A DNA stretch of 64,000 nt from Nitrospirota bacterium (lineage in GTDB: Bacteria; Nitrospirota; Nitrospiria; Nitrospirales; Nitrospiraceae), in NCBI GenBank assembly GCA_963701855.1, contig CAVPBK010000005.1, forward strand, positions 279,729-343,728, written 5' to 3'. The position numbers and the translations under genes were made by a program. Positions 36,056-49,193 of this stretch are shown in pieces. The notes beneath the pieces were generated by a model. That model was not told the DNA's origin. It searched no databases and saw only the letters and a list, made by a program, of their open reading frames with translations. Position 1 is the first letter of the stretch; each line of letters opens with the position of its first letter.

Positions 36056-37522
36056 ATGTTAGATAAAGAACCACGTTTGGGACTGACCTATGACGATGTC
36101 GTGTTGGTTCCTGCTAAGTCACAGATCTTGCCGAGTGAAGTCGACATGCGCACGAGACTGACTCGCCACATCAAGATCAACATTCCCATCATCAGCTCGG
36201 CCATGGATACCGTCACGGAGTCCCGGTTAGCCATTGCCATTGCCCGCGAAGGCGGCATCGGGATTGTTCACCGCGTGTTGTCGCCGGTAGATCAAGCGAC
36301 AGAAGTGGATCGGGTGAAGAAATCCGAGAGCGGCATGATACTCGATCCGATCACGATCTCGCCCGATCAAACAATTCGCGATGCCCATGCGTTGATGGCG
36401 AAATACCGGATCTCCGGGATTCCCGTTACCAAAGACAAGAAGCTGGTCGGTATTCTCACGAATCGCGATCTGCGGTTTGAGACCAGGATGGATTTGAAGG
36501 TTTCGCAGATTATGAAGCGGGACAAGCTGATCACGGCGCCAGAAGGGACCAGTTTAGAAAAGGCTCGCGAGGTGTTACACGAGCATCGGATTGAGAAGCT
36601 GCCGGTCGTCAACAAACATTTCGAGCTCAAGGGGCTTATTACCATCAAGGATATCGAAAAACGAATCATGTACCCCAATGCCTGCAAGGACGGACATGGC
36701 CGACTTTGCGTGGGTGCGGCTGTTGGGGTGGGGCCGGAGACGGAGGATCGGGTGGCGCAGCTCAAGAAGGTCGGGGTGGACCTTGTTGTGGTTGATACGG
36801 CCCATGGGCATTCGCAAGCGGTGTTGGATACAGTCAAGATGATCAAGAAACGTTTTCCGGAACTTGAGCTGATAGCCGGGAACATTGGCACGGCTGAGGC
36901 GGCGAAGGATTTGTTGAAGGCTGGTGTCGATGCCGTGAAGGTGGGGGTGGGGCCTGGTTCGATATGCACGACCCGCATCGTGTCCGGCGCCGGGATGCCG
37001 CAACTGACGGCGATTGCCGATTGTGCAAAAGTCCTCGCGGGCAGCGGAGTTCCGATCATTGCAGACGGCGGGATCAAGTATTCTGGCGATATCACGAAGG
37101 CTTTGGCAGCGGGCGCTTCCTCGGTCATGCTGGGCGGACTCTTGGCAGGTACGGAAGAATCGCCCGGGGAAACCGAACTGTACCAAGCCAGGACTTATAA
37201 GGTATACCGCGGCATGGGCTCGATCGGCGCTATGGAGCGAGGCGGCGGAGATCGGTACGGGCAAGGGGGGCGTCCGGTGCAGAAGCTGGTCCCTGAGGGC
37301 ATCGAAGGGCGCGTGCCCTATAAAGGAAAGCTTTCGGCCGTCATCTACCAATTGATTGGTGGTGTGAAGTCCGGCATGGGCTATTGCGGGTGCAGGACGA
37401 TCTCGGACTTACAGCAGAAGGCCACGTTTATCCGGCAGACGGTCGCCGGTCTCCGCGAAAGTCACGTGCATGATGTGATTATCACGAAGGAAGCACCGAA
37501 TTACCGGATGGATTGGGAGTAA
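36056..37522 (+). CDS. guaB: IMP dehydrogenase
   Basis: [12 protein letters not shown] pair, [24 protein letters not shown]. Confidence 0.98.
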   Translation: MLDKEPRLGLTYDDVVLVPAKSQILPSEVDMRTRLTRHIKINIPIISSAMDTVTESRLAIAIAREGGIGIVHRVLSPVDQATEVDRVKKSESGMILDPITISPDQTIRDAHALMAKYRISGIPVTKDKKLVGILTNRDLRFETRMDLKVSQIMKRDKLITAPEGTSLEKAREVLHEHRIEKLPVVNKHFELKGLITIKDIEKRIMYPNACKDGHGRLCVGAAVGVGPETEDRVAQLKKVGVDLVVVDTAHGHSQAVLDTVKMIKKRFPELELIAGNIGTAEAAKDLLKAGVDAVKVGVGPGSICTTRIVSGAGMPQLTAIADCAKVLAGSGVPIIADGGIKYSGDITKALAAGASSVMLGGLLAGTEESPGETELYQARTYKVYRGMGSIGAMERGGGDRYGQGGRPVQKLVPEGIEGRVPYKGKLSAVIYQLIGGVKSGMGYCGCRTISDLQQKATFIRQTVAGLRESHVHDVIITKEAPNYRMDWE

Positions 37523-37528
37523 TCTCCT

Positions 37529-37614
37529 CGTTAAGCGTGAATCGTGAATCGTTAATCGTAGGATGCCTCCCTTCAAATCTCTCGGTTAACGCGTAACGCT
37601 GCACGATTAACGTC
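37529..37614. repeat. Heptamer tandem-inverted repeat (family B, copy 1)
   Basis: CGTTAAG CGTGAAT CGTGAAT CGTTAAT .. GTTAACG CGTAACG CTGCACG ATTAACG. Confidence 0.75.
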
Positions 37615-37617
37615 TTC

Positions 37618-39177
37618 ATGGAACTCTGGCACAATAGAATCCTGGTCCTCGACTTTGGGTCGCAATACACCCAACTGATTGCACGCCGCATTCGCGAAGC
37701 CCACGTATACTCGCAAATTCTGCCCTGCACCGCTCCCTTGGCGACGATTCTCGCCTATCGCCCGCAAGGCATTGTATTGTCTGGCGGCCCCTCCAGCGTG
37801 TATGAGAAGAAGGCGCCGACGGTGCCCAAGGAAATCTTCGATCTAGGCATCCCCATCCTCGGTATTTGTTATGGGATGCAGCTTGTGACCCATCTCTCCG
37901 GCGGGGAAGTGGCCAAGTCCAAGCATCGGGAGTATGGCCGGGCGGATCTCACGATCGACGACCGCAGTAATCTCTTCAAGAACATCGGCACAGACGGATC
38001 GACTGTCGTCTGGATGTCGCACGGAGATCGTATCGAGCGGATGCCGCCGGGTTTCCGATCCATCGCGCATACAGACAATTCGCCGATTGCGGCCATGAAG
38101 CGCGATGATCACAAGCGCCGGATCTATTGTCTTCAGTTTCATCCGGAAGTCGTGCATACGCCAGAGGGAACCCAGATCCTTCAGAATTTCGTCTACGATA
38201 TCTGTGGCTGTAAACCGACCTGGACGATGCAGTCTTACGTGGAGACGGCGGTGCAGCAGATTCGCGAGCAAGTCGGCAAGGAGCGAGTGATTTGTGCCTT
38301 GAGCGGCGGGGTGGACTCGTCCGTGGCGGCGGCCCTCACCCATCGGGCCATCGGCGATCAGTTGACCTGTATCTTCGTCGACAATGGGCTGCTTCGGGCG
38401 GGAGAAAAAGAGCAGGTTAAGCAGACGTTTGCCCAACAGCTCCATCTGAATTTGCGAATCCTCGATGCGGCTGAGTTGTTCCTTGCCAAGCTCAAAGGGG
38501 TGATCGATCCCGAACGTAAAAGGAAAATTATTGGGAAGCAGTTCATCGAACAATTCGAGGCCGAGGCCAAGAAGAAGTCTGGCGGCGCGAAATTCCTGGT
38601 CCAGGGTACGCTATACCCCGATGTGATTGAGAGCGTGAGTTTTAAGGGCCCGTCGGCCACGATCAAGACGCATCACAATGTGGGCGGTCTGCCTGCTCGC
38701 ATGAAGTTGAAATTGATTGAGCCCCTGCGCGAGCTATTTAAGGATGAAGTCCGTGTGCTGGGTAATGAATTGGGTCTGCCGGACGAGATTGTCTGGCGTC
38801 AGCCCTTCCCAGGGCCTGGTCTTGCCATCCGGGTGTTGGGAGCGGTTACCAAGGAACGGCTGGCCATCCTGCGCGCGGCCGAGTCCATTCTCGATCAGGA
38901 GATTCGCGCCGCCGAGTTGTATCGGGAGATTTGGCAATCGCTTGCCGTGCTGTTGCCGATCAGAACCGTGGGCGTCATGGGCGATCAGCGGACCTATGAG
39001 CATGTCATCGCGCTTCGTGCGGTCACAAGCTTGGACGGCATGACGGCCGATTGGGCCAAGATTCCGAATGATGTGCTGGGCAAGATGTCGAATCGGATCA
39101 TCAACGAAGTGAAGGGCGTCAATCGGGTGGTCTACGACATCAGCTCCAAGCCGCCGGCCACAATTGAGTGGGAGTAA
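37618..39177 (+). CDS. guaA: GMP synthase (glutamine-hydrolysing)
   Basis: [42 protein letters not shown]. Confidence 0.98.
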   Translation: MELWHNRILVLDFGSQYTQLIARRIREAHVYSQILPCTAPLATILAYRPQGIVLSGGPSSVYEKKAPTVPKEIFDLGIPILGICYGMQLVTHLSGGEVAKSKHREYGRADLTIDDRSNLFKNIGTDGSTVVWMSHGDRIERMPPGFRSIAHTDNSPIAAMKRDDHKRRIYCLQFHPEVVHTPEGTQILQNFVYDICGCKPTWTMQSYVETAVQQIREQVGKERVICALSGGVDSSVAAALTHRAIGDQLTCIFVDNGLLRAGEKEQVKQTFAQQLHLNLRILDAAELFLAKLKGVIDPERKRKIIGKQFIEQFEAEAKKKSGGAKFLVQGTLYPDVIESVSFKGPSATIKTHHNVGGLPARMKLKLIEPLRELFKDEVRVLGNELGLPDEIVWRQPFPGPGLAIRVLGAVTKERLAILRAAESILDQEIRAAELYREIWQSLAVLLPIRTVGVMGDQRTYEHVIALRAVTSLDGMTADWAKIPNDVLGKMSNRIINEVKGVNRVVYDISSKPPATIEWE

Positions 39178-39250
39178 GACGTTAACCGTTATTCGTTAAA
39201 CGTGGGATAAGAATTCTTGCGATTAACGATTAATGATTAACGATTAACGA
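39178..39250. repeat. Heptamer tandem-inverted repeat (family B, copy 2)
   Basis: CGTTAAC CGTTATT CGTTAAA CGTGGGA .. GATTAAC GATTAAT GATTAAC GATTAAC. Confidence 0.8.
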
Positions 39251-39251
39251 G

Positions 39252-40075
39252 ATGGAAGTTAGATTACAAAAAGTCATTGCCGGAACCGGATTAGCTTCCC
39301 GGCGAAAGGCCGAGGTGTGGATTGCCTCCGGGCGTGTGACCGTTAACGGTAAAGTCGTGACGGAACTCGGCACCAAGGTCGATCCGGACCACGTCCACAT
39401 CAAGGTAGACGGCAAGCACATCAGTTCCACCCAGCCCTACGTCTATCTGCTGCTGAATAAGCCGAAGAACGTGATGTCGACGTTGAATGATCCGGGAGGC
39501 AGGCCGACAGTGAAGGATTTTCTCCGCGGAATATCAGTACGGGTGTTTCCCGTCGGTCGATTAGACTTCGACAGCGAAGGGTTGATGCTCCTGACCAATC
39601 ATGGCGACTTGGCGCAGACCCTTCTCCATCCCCGCTACCATGTGCCGAAAACCTATCTCATCAAGGTCAAGCAGGTGGTGACGGATGAACACATCAGGCA
39701 GTTGGAGCAGGGCGTGCAACTGGAAGATGGCATGACTAGTCCGGCTATCGTGAAGAAGGTGAAGAAGGCCAAACTGAACTCCTGGCTGGAGATTACGATT
39801 CGAGAAGGGCGGCAGCATCAAGTGAAACGAATGATGGAGGCGGTAGGGCACCCGGTCTTAAAGTTGACCAGAATTAAGATGGGTCCTTTGTTGTTGGGCG
39901 ATCTAGAGCCTGGCGAGTTCAGGTATTTGACCGACCGTGAAGCGAACGCGTTGCGCGAGCTTACAGAACAAAAGGTGGCCTCAGCAGAGGATCCAGCACA
40001 GCAGGCTCCACGGCCAAGGCCAAAGAAGCCGGTCAGTCGAGCTGGATGGGCTCGTTCCAAGAAAGTGAAGGTGGT

Positions 40076-40079
<4 letters not shown>
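39252..40079 (+). CDS. rluB: S4-domain RsuA-family pseudouridine synthase (RluB-like)
   Basis: RLQKVIA..SRRKAE S4 domain, [24 protein letters not shown]. Confidence 0.85.
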
Positions 40080-41839
<1,760 letters not shown>

Positions 41840-41857
41840 GGAGGAGTTATCCATCCC

Positions 41858-43021
41858 ATGGCAGGCAATTCGTTCGGTCACATCTTTACTGTCACGTCAT
41901 TCGGCGAAAGCCATGGACCTGCGATAGGCTGTGTCGTAGATGGCTGTCCGCCAGGTTTGGTTCTTTCTGTCGAAGACATTCAGCACGATCTCGACCGGCG
42001 AAAGCCAGGCACCTCCCGCCACGTTACGCAGCGACAAGAATCCGATACCGTCGAAATTCTCTCCGGTGTCTTTGAAGGCAAGACCACCGGTACCCCCATC
42101 GCGCTCCTCATCCGAAACGAAGACGCTCGCAGCAAGGATTACGGCAATCTGATCGATACCTTTCGTCCCGGTCACGCAGACTACACCTATTGGCAGAAGT
42201 ATGGCATTCGCGATCATCGCGGAGGTGGGCGCGCCTCTGCGCGTGAAACAGCCGTGCGAGTGGCGGCGGCGGCGATTGCGAAGAAATGGCTGCGTGAGAA
42301 GTACGACATCGTGATCCGGGGGTATCTTAGCCAACTCGGACCTCATGAAGTTCTGTTCAAGAGGTGGGATGCCGTGGAAACCAATCCGTTTTTTGTTGCT
42401 GATCCTTCTGCAGTGGCGAAACTTGAATCCTTTATGGACGAACTGCGGAAGGCCGGTGACTCTGTTGGCGCTAGGATCACGACGGTTGCCGAGCATGTTC
42501 CCGTCGGCTGGGGAGCACCGGTTTATGCGAAGCTCGGTGCCGATTTGGCCGGCGCCATGATGAGCATCAATGCAGTGAAGGCGGTGGAAATCGGCGCGGG
42601 ATTTGGCTCAGTCACGCAGCGTGGGTCAGAGCATGGGGACGAGCTGACTCCGGAGGGTTTTGTGACCAATCACGCCGGCGGAATTCTCGGCGGTATTTCG
42701 ACGGGGCAGGATATTGTCGTCACGATTGGGATTAAGCCAACCTCAAGTATCCGTGTCCCACGTCGATCGATCGACAAGCAAGGCAACCCTGTTACGGTTG
42801 AGACGAATGGTCGGCACGATCCCTGCGTGGGCATAAGAGCGACGCCGATTGCCGAAGCCATGATGGCGTTGGTGCTCATGGACCATGCCTTGCTCCACCG
42901 CGCGCAGAATACCGATGTGTCGACGAAGACTCCGAAGATCGCCGGCTCAGTGAAACGAACAGCCTCGACAGGGAAAAAGAAACCCTCTACGAAGATCAAT
43001 CCCGATCCTGCCGAAGCGTAG
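41858..43021 (+). CDS. aroC: Chorismate synthase
   Basis: [35 protein letters not shown]. Confidence 0.98.
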   Translation: MAGNSFGHIFTVTSFGESHGPAIGCVVDGCPPGLVLSVEDIQHDLDRRKPGTSRHVTQRQESDTVEILSGVFEGKTTGTPIALLIRNEDARSKDYGNLIDTFRPGHADYTYWQKYGIRDHRGGGRASARETAVRVAAAAIAKKWLREKYDIVIRGYLSQLGPHEVLFKRWDAVETNPFFVADPSAVAKLESFMDELRKAGDSVGARITTVAEHVPVGWGAPVYAKLGADLAGAMMSINAVKAVEIGAGFGSVTQRGSEHGDELTPEGFVTNHAGGILGGISTGQDIVVTIGIKPTSSIRVPRRSIDKQGNPVTVETNGRHDPCVGIRATPIAEAMMALVLMDHALLHRAQNTDVSTKTPKIAGSVKRTASTGKKKPSTKINPDPAEA

Positions 43022-43064
43022 CATCGGTGTGAAACAAAAACTCCCGACTCTGTTTCATTCAACT

Positions 43065-43664
43065 ATGATCCACGCAATTCCAGGCATGGGCGCTGACCGT
43101 CGTATGTATCCAGCGCCATGGGCCGACCTGCCCGACTTCTCAGCGCACGATTGGGTGCGTCATTCGGGTGAAAGGAGTCTGGCTGAGGTGGCTCGGTCTA
43201 TGTGTGAAGCGAGAGCAATTCTAGACGGCGATGTCATCGTGGGTTCTTCTTTGGGGGGGATGGTTGCGTGCGAGATGACAAAGATCCGAAGCATTCCGGT
43301 TCTGTCCCTGATCGGCAGTGCCGTACGAAAAGAAGAGGTGAGCCGCCTTCTGGCTATTCTTCATCCCCTCGCACGTGTTGCTCCGATAGAGTGGCTTCGT
43401 GTTTCGGCAGGCAAGGTTCCGTTGGAGCTTGCGAAGATGTTTGCAGGGATTGAAGCTTCGTTTGTTCGATCAATGTGCTCTGCCATTTTCCAGTGGAATG
43501 GACTCGGAGTCACAAGCACTAAGGTTTTCCGAATTCACGGCAAACACGATCTCGTGATCCCTCCACCCAAACAGGCAGATCTGTTGCTTGATGGTGGCCA
43601 CCTAGTCTCGATGACGCATGCGGAGGAATGTGTGGCATTCATCAAGGCCAGCCAAACGGTTTAG
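43065..43664 (+). CDS. Alpha/beta-fold hydrolase
   Basis: PGMGAD, GSSLGG nucleophile elbow, IHGKHD, GGH. Confidence 0.85.
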   Translation: MIHAIPGMGADRRMYPAPWADLPDFSAHDWVRHSGERSLAEVARSMCEARAILDGDVIVGSSLGGMVACEMTKIRSIPVLSLIGSAVRKEEVSRLLAILHPLARVAPIEWLRVSAGKVPLELAKMFAGIEASFVRSMCSAIFQWNGLGVTSTKVFRIHGKHDLVIPPPKQADLLLDGGHLVSMTHAEECVAFIKASQTV

Positions 43665-43745
43665 CCAACCGGAGTCAGTTGCCTCGCTGAATGGAATATG
43701 GACGTCATCAGCAGCTGACTTCCGTCGCTGACCGTTCAGTTAGCA
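43646..43745 (+). other. Degenerate attC-like site
   Basis: Imperfect palindrome with arms CGGTTTAGCCAAC / GTCGCTGACCG (unpaired extra bases) ending in GTTAGCA; inverse core is GGCCAGC rather than RYYYAAC. Confidence 0.45.
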
Positions 43746-43769
43746 GCTGAATGAAGACTCTTTGGGCAT

Positions 43770-43893
43770 GCAGGATGCTCAAAAAGGCTGTTCAGCAAGG
43801 CCGCAGCGAGCGAAGAGGTGAGGCGTACGCTTCGGTACGTTGAGCCTCTGAGTGAAGTGAGAACGCCGCTGGCAGACTTTTTCAGCATCCTGC
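43770..43893. mobile_element. MITE (family M1, 124 bp)
   Basis: 17-bp terminal inverted repeats GCAGGATGCTCAAAAAG / CTTTTTCAGCATCCTGC (16/17); no transposase. Confidence 0.8.
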
Positions 43894-43918
43894 TAGATTC
43901 GCGTTCACGGGAAACCCT

Positions 43919-44695
43919 ATGCCGCTCTCCGACAAACACTTCGCTGAACTTTCTGAGGCCAAGCGCCTCCTTGAGAATCCCGGCCTGGCCGTGAAGATCA
44001 CCAACCTTGTAGGTAAGCCGATTGAGAAGGGGTTCGAACTCCTTCCTGACAGTTGGAGCCGGCGCATCGGTGTGGCGACCAAGGACGCATTGCTGTTTGC
44101 CATGAACGGGGCACTGCTCACGATGGACAACCGACTCGGTGAGGCGCATCCTCGCTGGCACAAGGTTGCGGCGGCCCTCAGCGGTGCAGCAGGAGGGGCA
44201 TTTGGCCTGCCCGCGTTGATTGCCGAGCTCCTGTTGTCCACGACCATCATGTGCCGTTCTATTGCGGACATCGCGCGTGCGAACGGGGAGTCACTCGACA
44301 GCGTGTCTACTCGGTTGGCGTGCATTGAGGTCTTCGCGCTCGGAGGGACGTCGAGGCTGGACGACTCCGCGGAGATCGGCTACTTTGCAGTCCGCTCGTC
44401 GCTCGCTCGGGCCGTCTCTGACGCCGCCGAGTACCTTGCCTCGCAGGCATTGGCAGATGAAGGCGCCCCGGCATTGGTTCGCCTGATTACACTGATCGCC
44501 GCACGTTTTCAGCTACAGGTTTCGCAAAAGACCGCAGCGCAGATGGTCCCCATCATTGGCGCTGCCGGCGGCGCCGTTATCAATCTATTGTTCATCGACC
44601 ATTTTCAAGACATGAGTCGAGGTCACTTCACCGTGCGGCGTCTTGAGCGCCAGTACGGAAGCGAAGCGGTGCGCAGGGCCTACGAGCGAGTCTAG
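43919..44695 (+). CDS. EcsC-family protein
   Basis: GAAGGAFG..ELLLSTTIMCRSIADIAR..GE, QMVPIIGAAGGAVIN, RRLERQYG. Confidence 0.85.
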   Translation: MPLSDKHFAELSEAKRLLENPGLAVKITNLVGKPIEKGFELLPDSWSRRIGVATKDALLFAMNGALLTMDNRLGEAHPRWHKVAAALSGAAGGAFGLPALIAELLLSTTIMCRSIADIARANGESLDSVSTRLACIEVFALGGTSRLDDSAEIGYFAVRSSLARAVSDAAEYLASQALADEGAPALVRLITLIAARFQLQVSQKTAAQMVPIIGAAGGAVINLLFIDHFQDMSRGHFTVRRLERQYGSEAVRRAYERV

Positions 44696-44795
44696 CCCCT
44701 CGTTCAAGCGGACACTGGACAGCAGGCGAGGTACGGGCTGGCTCATATTCTCCCGCCTCTTTGCAAGCCAGGCGACTGACGCTATAATGGGTGGC

Positions 44796-44987
44796 ATGGA
44801 ATCGACCAACTACATCTATTGGCAAGACCAGGGGCAGTGGCTCGGCTATCTGCAGGACTATCCCGATTATTGGACGCAGGGGCAGTCCCTCGAAGAGTTG
44901 CAGTCCCATCTCCGGGATCTCTATCAAGACCTCACCAGCGGAGAAATTCCCGGGGTCCGCAGGCTCGCTGAACTGACGCTCAGGTGA
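44796..44987 (+). CDS. hicB: Short HicB-family antitoxin without a DNA-binding domain
   Basis: WLGYLQDYPDYWTQGQSLEEL; TATAAT at 44783-44788 just upstream. Confidence 0.8.
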   Translation: MESTNYIYWQDQGQWLGYLQDYPDYWTQGQSLEELQSHLRDLYQDLTSGEIPGVRRLAELTLR

Positions 44988-45163
44988 AGCGAAAGGATCT
45001 CATCCAGCAGCTCGAAGCCGTCGGTTGCCGATTGGTTCGCCACGGCGGAAAGCACGACTGGTATCACAATCCCACCACAAAGATTTCTCAACCGATTCCG
45101 CGGCACACCGAGATCAACGAGCACCTTGCGAAACGCATTCTGAAAATGTTGGCCAACCCATAA
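44984..45163 (+). CDS. hicA: HicA-family toxin (59 aa, absent from the ORF track)
   Basis: MKRKDLIQQLEAVGCRLVRHGGKHDWYHNP..PIPRHTEINEHLAKRILK; GTGA overlap with hicB. Confidence 0.9.
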   Translation: MKRKDLIQQLEAVGCRLVRHGGKHDWYHNPTTKISQPIPRHTEINEHLAKRILKMLANP

Positions 45164-45310
45164 GTTGCGCGATCGACAAGCCCTTTAGATCTCAGAAGCG
45201 AGGGATCCGTACTTGATCGTGTAACCTGGTGGCAATGGCTGGCAACCGGTACATTTAAGAACTGATTCCACTTATGTGCTGCGGGTAAGTCTCACGAGAA
45301 GAGTGGACGA

Positions 45311-46588
45311 ATGATTGAGATCTATACTGATGGCGCCTGTAGCGGGAATCCCGGACCTGGCGGCTGGGGTGTCTTGCTGCGTAGGGGAAATATCGAAACG
45401 GAAATGTGCGGCGGTGAGCCGGCGACGACGAACAATCGCATGGAGCTGCTCGCCGTCATTGAGGCTTTGCAGTCGCTCACTGGGTCGGTGGAAGCACGTG
45501 TCTATACTGATTCGCAGTATGTGCAAAAAGGCATTAGCGAGTGGATTCATAACTGGAAGCGACGGGGCTGGAAAACCGCAAGCAAAGAGCCCGTGAAGAA
45601 TGAGGATTTGTGGCGTCGTCTCGATGCCCTGACTGTCGGTCACACACTCGAATGGCTCTGGGTCAAGGGACATGACGGCCATCCGGAGAACGAACGTGTG
45701 GATGCACTGGCTCGTGCCGGCCTCGAACAATCGCGCCGTGCCGGCAAGGTGGTTGACGGCAGGGTGGAAGGGGCGCTCTGCATAGCTATGTCACATCCAA
45801 TCCTCGACATCCAGCATGCCACGGTCTATCGGGGAGACACGTGCGTCTTCTCTGATTTTTCCTTTGCCTTGCGTGAGGGAGAGCATGCGGCGATCATCGG
45901 TCCCAACGGAGCCGGCAAGTCAACCCTTCTTAAACTCCTATCCGGTGAAGTCCACCCGCTTCCATTGGACGAGACCAGCATTCGTCTGTTCGGCGAAGTG
46001 CAGTGGAATGTGTGGGACGTCCGCAAGCGTTTGGGGATGGTGTCCCATGATCTTCAACATCAGTATATGGACCAAGTAACCGGGCTGAAAGTGATTCTGT
46101 CCGGTTTCTATGCCAGCATCGGGATCTATGGCCATCAAGACTTTAGTTACGCACAGATCGCTCGGGCAGACGATATGTTGAGGGAGATGGGCGCGAGTTC
46201 GTTAAAAGATAGACGGTTTGGGGAGATGTCGACGGGAGAGCAGCGGCGATGCCTCCTTGGCCGCGCGTTAGTGCATGAGCCGACGGCGTTCGTACTCGAC
46301 GAACCGACGAGCGGACTCGATTTGACGGCGACGTTTCACTATCTTGATCTCGTCCGCACCCATATACGGAAAGGGAAAACGCTGTTGCTGGTGACGCATC
46401 ACATCCACGAGATCCCGCCGGAAGTAGAGCGTGTGGTGCTCCTGAAGCAAGGAAAGATTCTTCAGGATGGGGACAAACGCGCTGTCATCACAGACGCCAA
46501 CCTCAGTGTGTTGTTCGACTGTCCGGTCGCATTGGTTCAAGCCAATGGGTGGTATCAAGCACTGCCTGGACACAGCATACCGCACTGA
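45311..46588 (+). CDS. rnhA: Ribonuclease HI in frame with an ABC ATPase (internal ATG at 45788)
   Basis: [37 protein letters not shown]; then [23 protein letters not shown]. Confidence 0.88.
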   Translation: MIEIYTDGACSGNPGPGGWGVLLRRGNIETEMCGGEPATTNNRMELLAVIEALQSLTGSVEARVYTDSQYVQKGISEWIHNWKRRGWKTASKEPVKNEDLWRRLDALTVGHTLEWLWVKGHDGHPENERVDALARAGLEQSRRAGKVVDGRVEGALCIAMSHPILDIQHATVYRGDTCVFSDFSFALREGEHAAIIGPNGAGKSTLLKLLSGEVHPLPLDETSIRLFGEVQWNVWDVRKRLGMVSHDLQHQYMDQVTGLKVILSGFYASIGIYGHQDFSYAQIARADDMLREMGASSLKDRRFGEMSTGEQRRCLLGRALVHEPTAFVLDEPTSGLDLTATFHYLDLVRTHIRKGKTLLLVTHHIHEIPPEVERVVLLKQGKILQDGDKRAVITDANLSVLFDCPVALVQANGWYQALPGHSIPH

Positions 46589-46598
46589 CTTCGTCTTG

Positions 46599-47045
46599 CT
46601 ATTTTTTCCGAAATCCGAAAAACATTCCGACTGCTCCTGCCCCTGTTGACGGGAGATACCCGGAGAGGACGTGTTTGAGTCCTTGAGCGCCTTGGTGCGC
46701 CGCTGCTATGGCATGGCTGATCTGTGTTTCCACTGTCGTCCAATCGAGTTCGATCCAGCCGGTCTCTTCCAATACGGCGATGCCGGCGAGCAATCCACCG
46801 GTGATCAGCGCAGCCATTTTCAGAAATCGCCGGGATGCCCAGCCGATGAAAAACCCTGCCAGATAGCTACCGCCGATACCTGCCACAGCAGGCGATGAGT
46901 AATCAGCCACCCAGGAGGCGAGGCCTCCGACCGTTGCGATACCGGCGGCGGTGACGGATTTTGCATTCCAGGGCGCATCGGCCAGTAAGGTTTGGCAGAA
47001 GCCCTGTGCGGAGGAGGTTTCCGGCTGATCCAGTTCTTGATCCAT
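46599..47045 (-). CDS. FUN14-family membrane protein
   Basis: GGSYLAGFFIGWASRRFLK..GWIELDW..GMFFGFR. Confidence 0.75.
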   Translation of the reverse strand: MDQELDQPETSSAQGFCQTLLADAPWNAKSVTAAGIATVGGLASWVADYSSPAVAGIGGSYLAGFFIGWASRRFLKMAALITGGLLAGIAVLEETGWIELDWTTVETQISHAIAAAHQGAQGLKHVLSGYLPSTGAGAVGMFFGFRKK

Positions 47046-47052
47046 GGACTGG

Positions 47053-47916
47053 CTACAGTCGGCTGTTCGCAAAGGTATCACAGGCTTTCGGATCGCCGGT
47101 CTCCAAACCTTTTCTGAGCCAGGTCATGCGCTGTTCAGAGGATCCGTGCGTCCAGCTTTCCGGCTGAACAGAACCGCGAGACATCTTTTGGAGCCGGTCG
47201 TCTCCAATTGCTGAAGCTGCGCGTAGTCCCTCTTCGAAATCTCCCGGTTCGATCAGGTTCCGTTCACGCTTGGCGTGGTGGCCCCAGACGCCGGCGAAAC
47301 AATCGGCCTGAAGTTCCATTCGCACTGATAAGGCATTCCTCTCTCGTTCAGAGGTCTGGCGCTGGAGGCGCGTCACCTTTTCTGCAATGCCCATTAAATT
47401 CTGCACGTGATGGCCCACCTCATGGGCGATCACATAGGCCTGTGCGAAGTCGCCTGGCGCACCCAGGCGGTGCGACATTTCGTTGAAGAAGGAGAGGTCC
47501 AGATAAACTTTGTGATCGACGGGGCAATAGAAGGGGCCAATGGCTGACGAGGTGGTTCCGCAAGCAGACTGGACTGCGCCCGTGAAGAGCACGAGTCGAG
47601 GATCTTCATACCGAGGCCCAAGGAGTTGCCTCCAGGTGGTTTCCGTATCGGCGAGGACGACTGAGGCGAATTTCCCCAGTTGGTCGCTGGGGGCTCCGGT
47701 CGGTGCGGGCTCGGAGGGCGCCGATGAGTCAGTTATCTCCTGCACGCCATTGAGCATGTTGAGGAGGGTCACGGGATTGATGCCGGTGAAATAGCTGACG
47801 GCGAGCACCAGCACGATGCCTCCTAGCCCCAGGCCTCCCACGCTTCCGACCCTGGCCGGTCCCATTCCTCGGCGATCTTCGACATTGTCGCTTTCTCGTT
47901 GCCCTTCCCAGCGCAT
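47053..47916 (-). CDS. Neutral zinc metallopeptidase (YpfJ-like)
   Basis: SDNVEDRR, GPFYCP, AHEVGHHVQ, ELQADCFAG, THGSSEQR. Confidence 0.92.
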   Translation of the reverse strand: MRWEGQRESDNVEDRRGMGPARVGSVGGLGLGGIVLVLAVSYFTGINPVTLLNMLNGVQEITDSSAPSEPAPTGAPSDQLGKFASVVLADTETTWRQLLGPRYEDPRLVLFTGAVQSACGTTSSAIGPFYCPVDHKVYLDLSFFNEMSHRLGAPGDFAQAYVIAHEVGHHVQNLMGIAEKVTRLQRQTSERERNALSVRMELQADCFAGVWGHHAKRERNLIEPGDFEEGLRAASAIGDDRLQKMSRGSVQPESWTHGSSEQRMTWLRKGLETGDPKACDTFANSRL

Positions 47917-47987
47917 ACCCTCACCGTTTCTTCCAGCACATAAACCGATCAGATGGAACCACATCCGTCGGTGCAGTGCAAGCCGAT

Positions 47988-48065
47988 AGCCCGCAATATT
48001 TATGACAGTTCGTCGCAGCAGCGAACCCACGATTGCAGCAGAAACGCTCATGAATAATGCGGGTT
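47988..48065. mobile_element. MITE-like element (family M2, short inverted copy, 78 bp)
   Basis: AGCCCGCAATATTTATGA .. TCATGAATAATGCGGGTT; subterminal TTGCAGCAGAA is the reverse complement of sequence inside 29726-29967. Confidence 0.7.
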
Positions 48066-48155
48066 AGGGTGTTGGTTCTTGGCGGGTGTCTGTTGGAAGT
48101 GGTTGGAGAGGAGGCGCGATACTCTTAGATACGCGCCTCCTCTTGGTCTGTGCCG

Positions 48156-49193
48156 CTATCTCAATGCAGTCGTACTCGTCTCGACTTGGCCGGCAATTTC
48201 TTTGAGGTCTTTGGGGTACAGCACGATCTCGATTCGACGGTTGGATGATCGTCCCTCTTCGGAGTCGTTCGAGGCGAGGGGTTGTGTGTCTGCGTAGCCA
48301 ACTGCAGAGAGGTGCTGTCGGTCGACACTGCCTTGATCGATCAGGTAGCGCACCACGGTCGTGGCTCGAGCAGTCGAGAGCTCCCAATTCGTTTTGAAGC
48401 GATCTTGTAACTTTGAGCTGATGGGCACGTTGTCGGTGTGGCCTTCGATCCGGATTTGTTTGTCCGTGACCGTTTTCAAAATGTCGCTGACCTGTTTCAG
48501 GACTTTCACGCCGGCTGGTTTGACCTGTGCTTGGCCGGAGTCGAACAAGACGCGGTCCACCATATTGATGGTGAGGCGGTCACGTACTTGCTGAATGGTG
48601 ATATTGCCCTTGGAAATTTCGTCTTGCAGCGATTTGGATAGTTCTTCCTGTGTCCGCGTCAGCCGTTTGATCTCTTCTTCCTTGGCGGCTCGCTCTTGAT
48701 CGAGCGTCGCGGCCAATCGGGACTGATCCTGGCGCAGCTGTTCCCGCTCCTTTGCGATGCGGGCGGCGTCTGCCTCAAGCTCAGAAGCCTGCTTTTGTAA
48801 CTTGGCAATTTCTTCCTGCGACGAGGCGTTTCCGCTCGCGAACTTCCGTTCGAGATCGGTGATTTGACCGCGCACATGACCAAGCTCGCTATTCAGTTGC
48901 CCTTTCTCCTTCTCCAAACCGTCCAGGCGAGATTGCAACTCGCTTGAGCGTACTTCGAGCGCTTCACGTTCTCTGGCCAACGAGGCTGCCTGCTGTTCGG
49001 CCGCTTTTCGCTGAGTGGCTTCCTGGTCCAGTTTCTGTTGCAGCTGTGCGGTCGCTTTCTTTGCGGCCTCAAGTTCAGCGAGCGTCTTGGTGTGGGTTTC
49101 TGTGCTCACGCACCCCCCCACGGCTATTGCACACAGCATGGCCAATGCTGGCACCCGGAGTAGCTTCGTTCGATCAGTCAACGTTTGTCGCAT
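48156..49193 (-). CDS. OmpA/MotB-family lipoprotein with a coiled coil
   Basis: Lipobox VGGC, long coiled coil, IEGHTD, NWELSTARA, NRRIEI. Confidence 0.9.
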   Translation of the reverse strand: MRQTLTDRTKLLRVPALAMLCAIAVGGCVSTETHTKTLAELEAAKKATAQLQQKLDQEATQRKAAEQQAASLAREREALEVRSSELQSRLDGLEKEKGQLNSELGHVRGQITDLERKFASGNASSQEEIAKLQKQASELEADAARIAKEREQLRQDQSRLAATLDQERAAKEEEIKRLTRTQEELSKSLQDEISKGNITIQQVRDRLTINMVDRVLFDSGQAQVKPAGVKVLKQVSDILKTVTDKQIRIEGHTDNVPISSKLQDRFKTNWELSTARATTVVRYLIDQGSVDRQHLSAVGYADTQPLASNDSEEGRSSNRRIEIVLYPKDLKEIAGQVETSTTALR

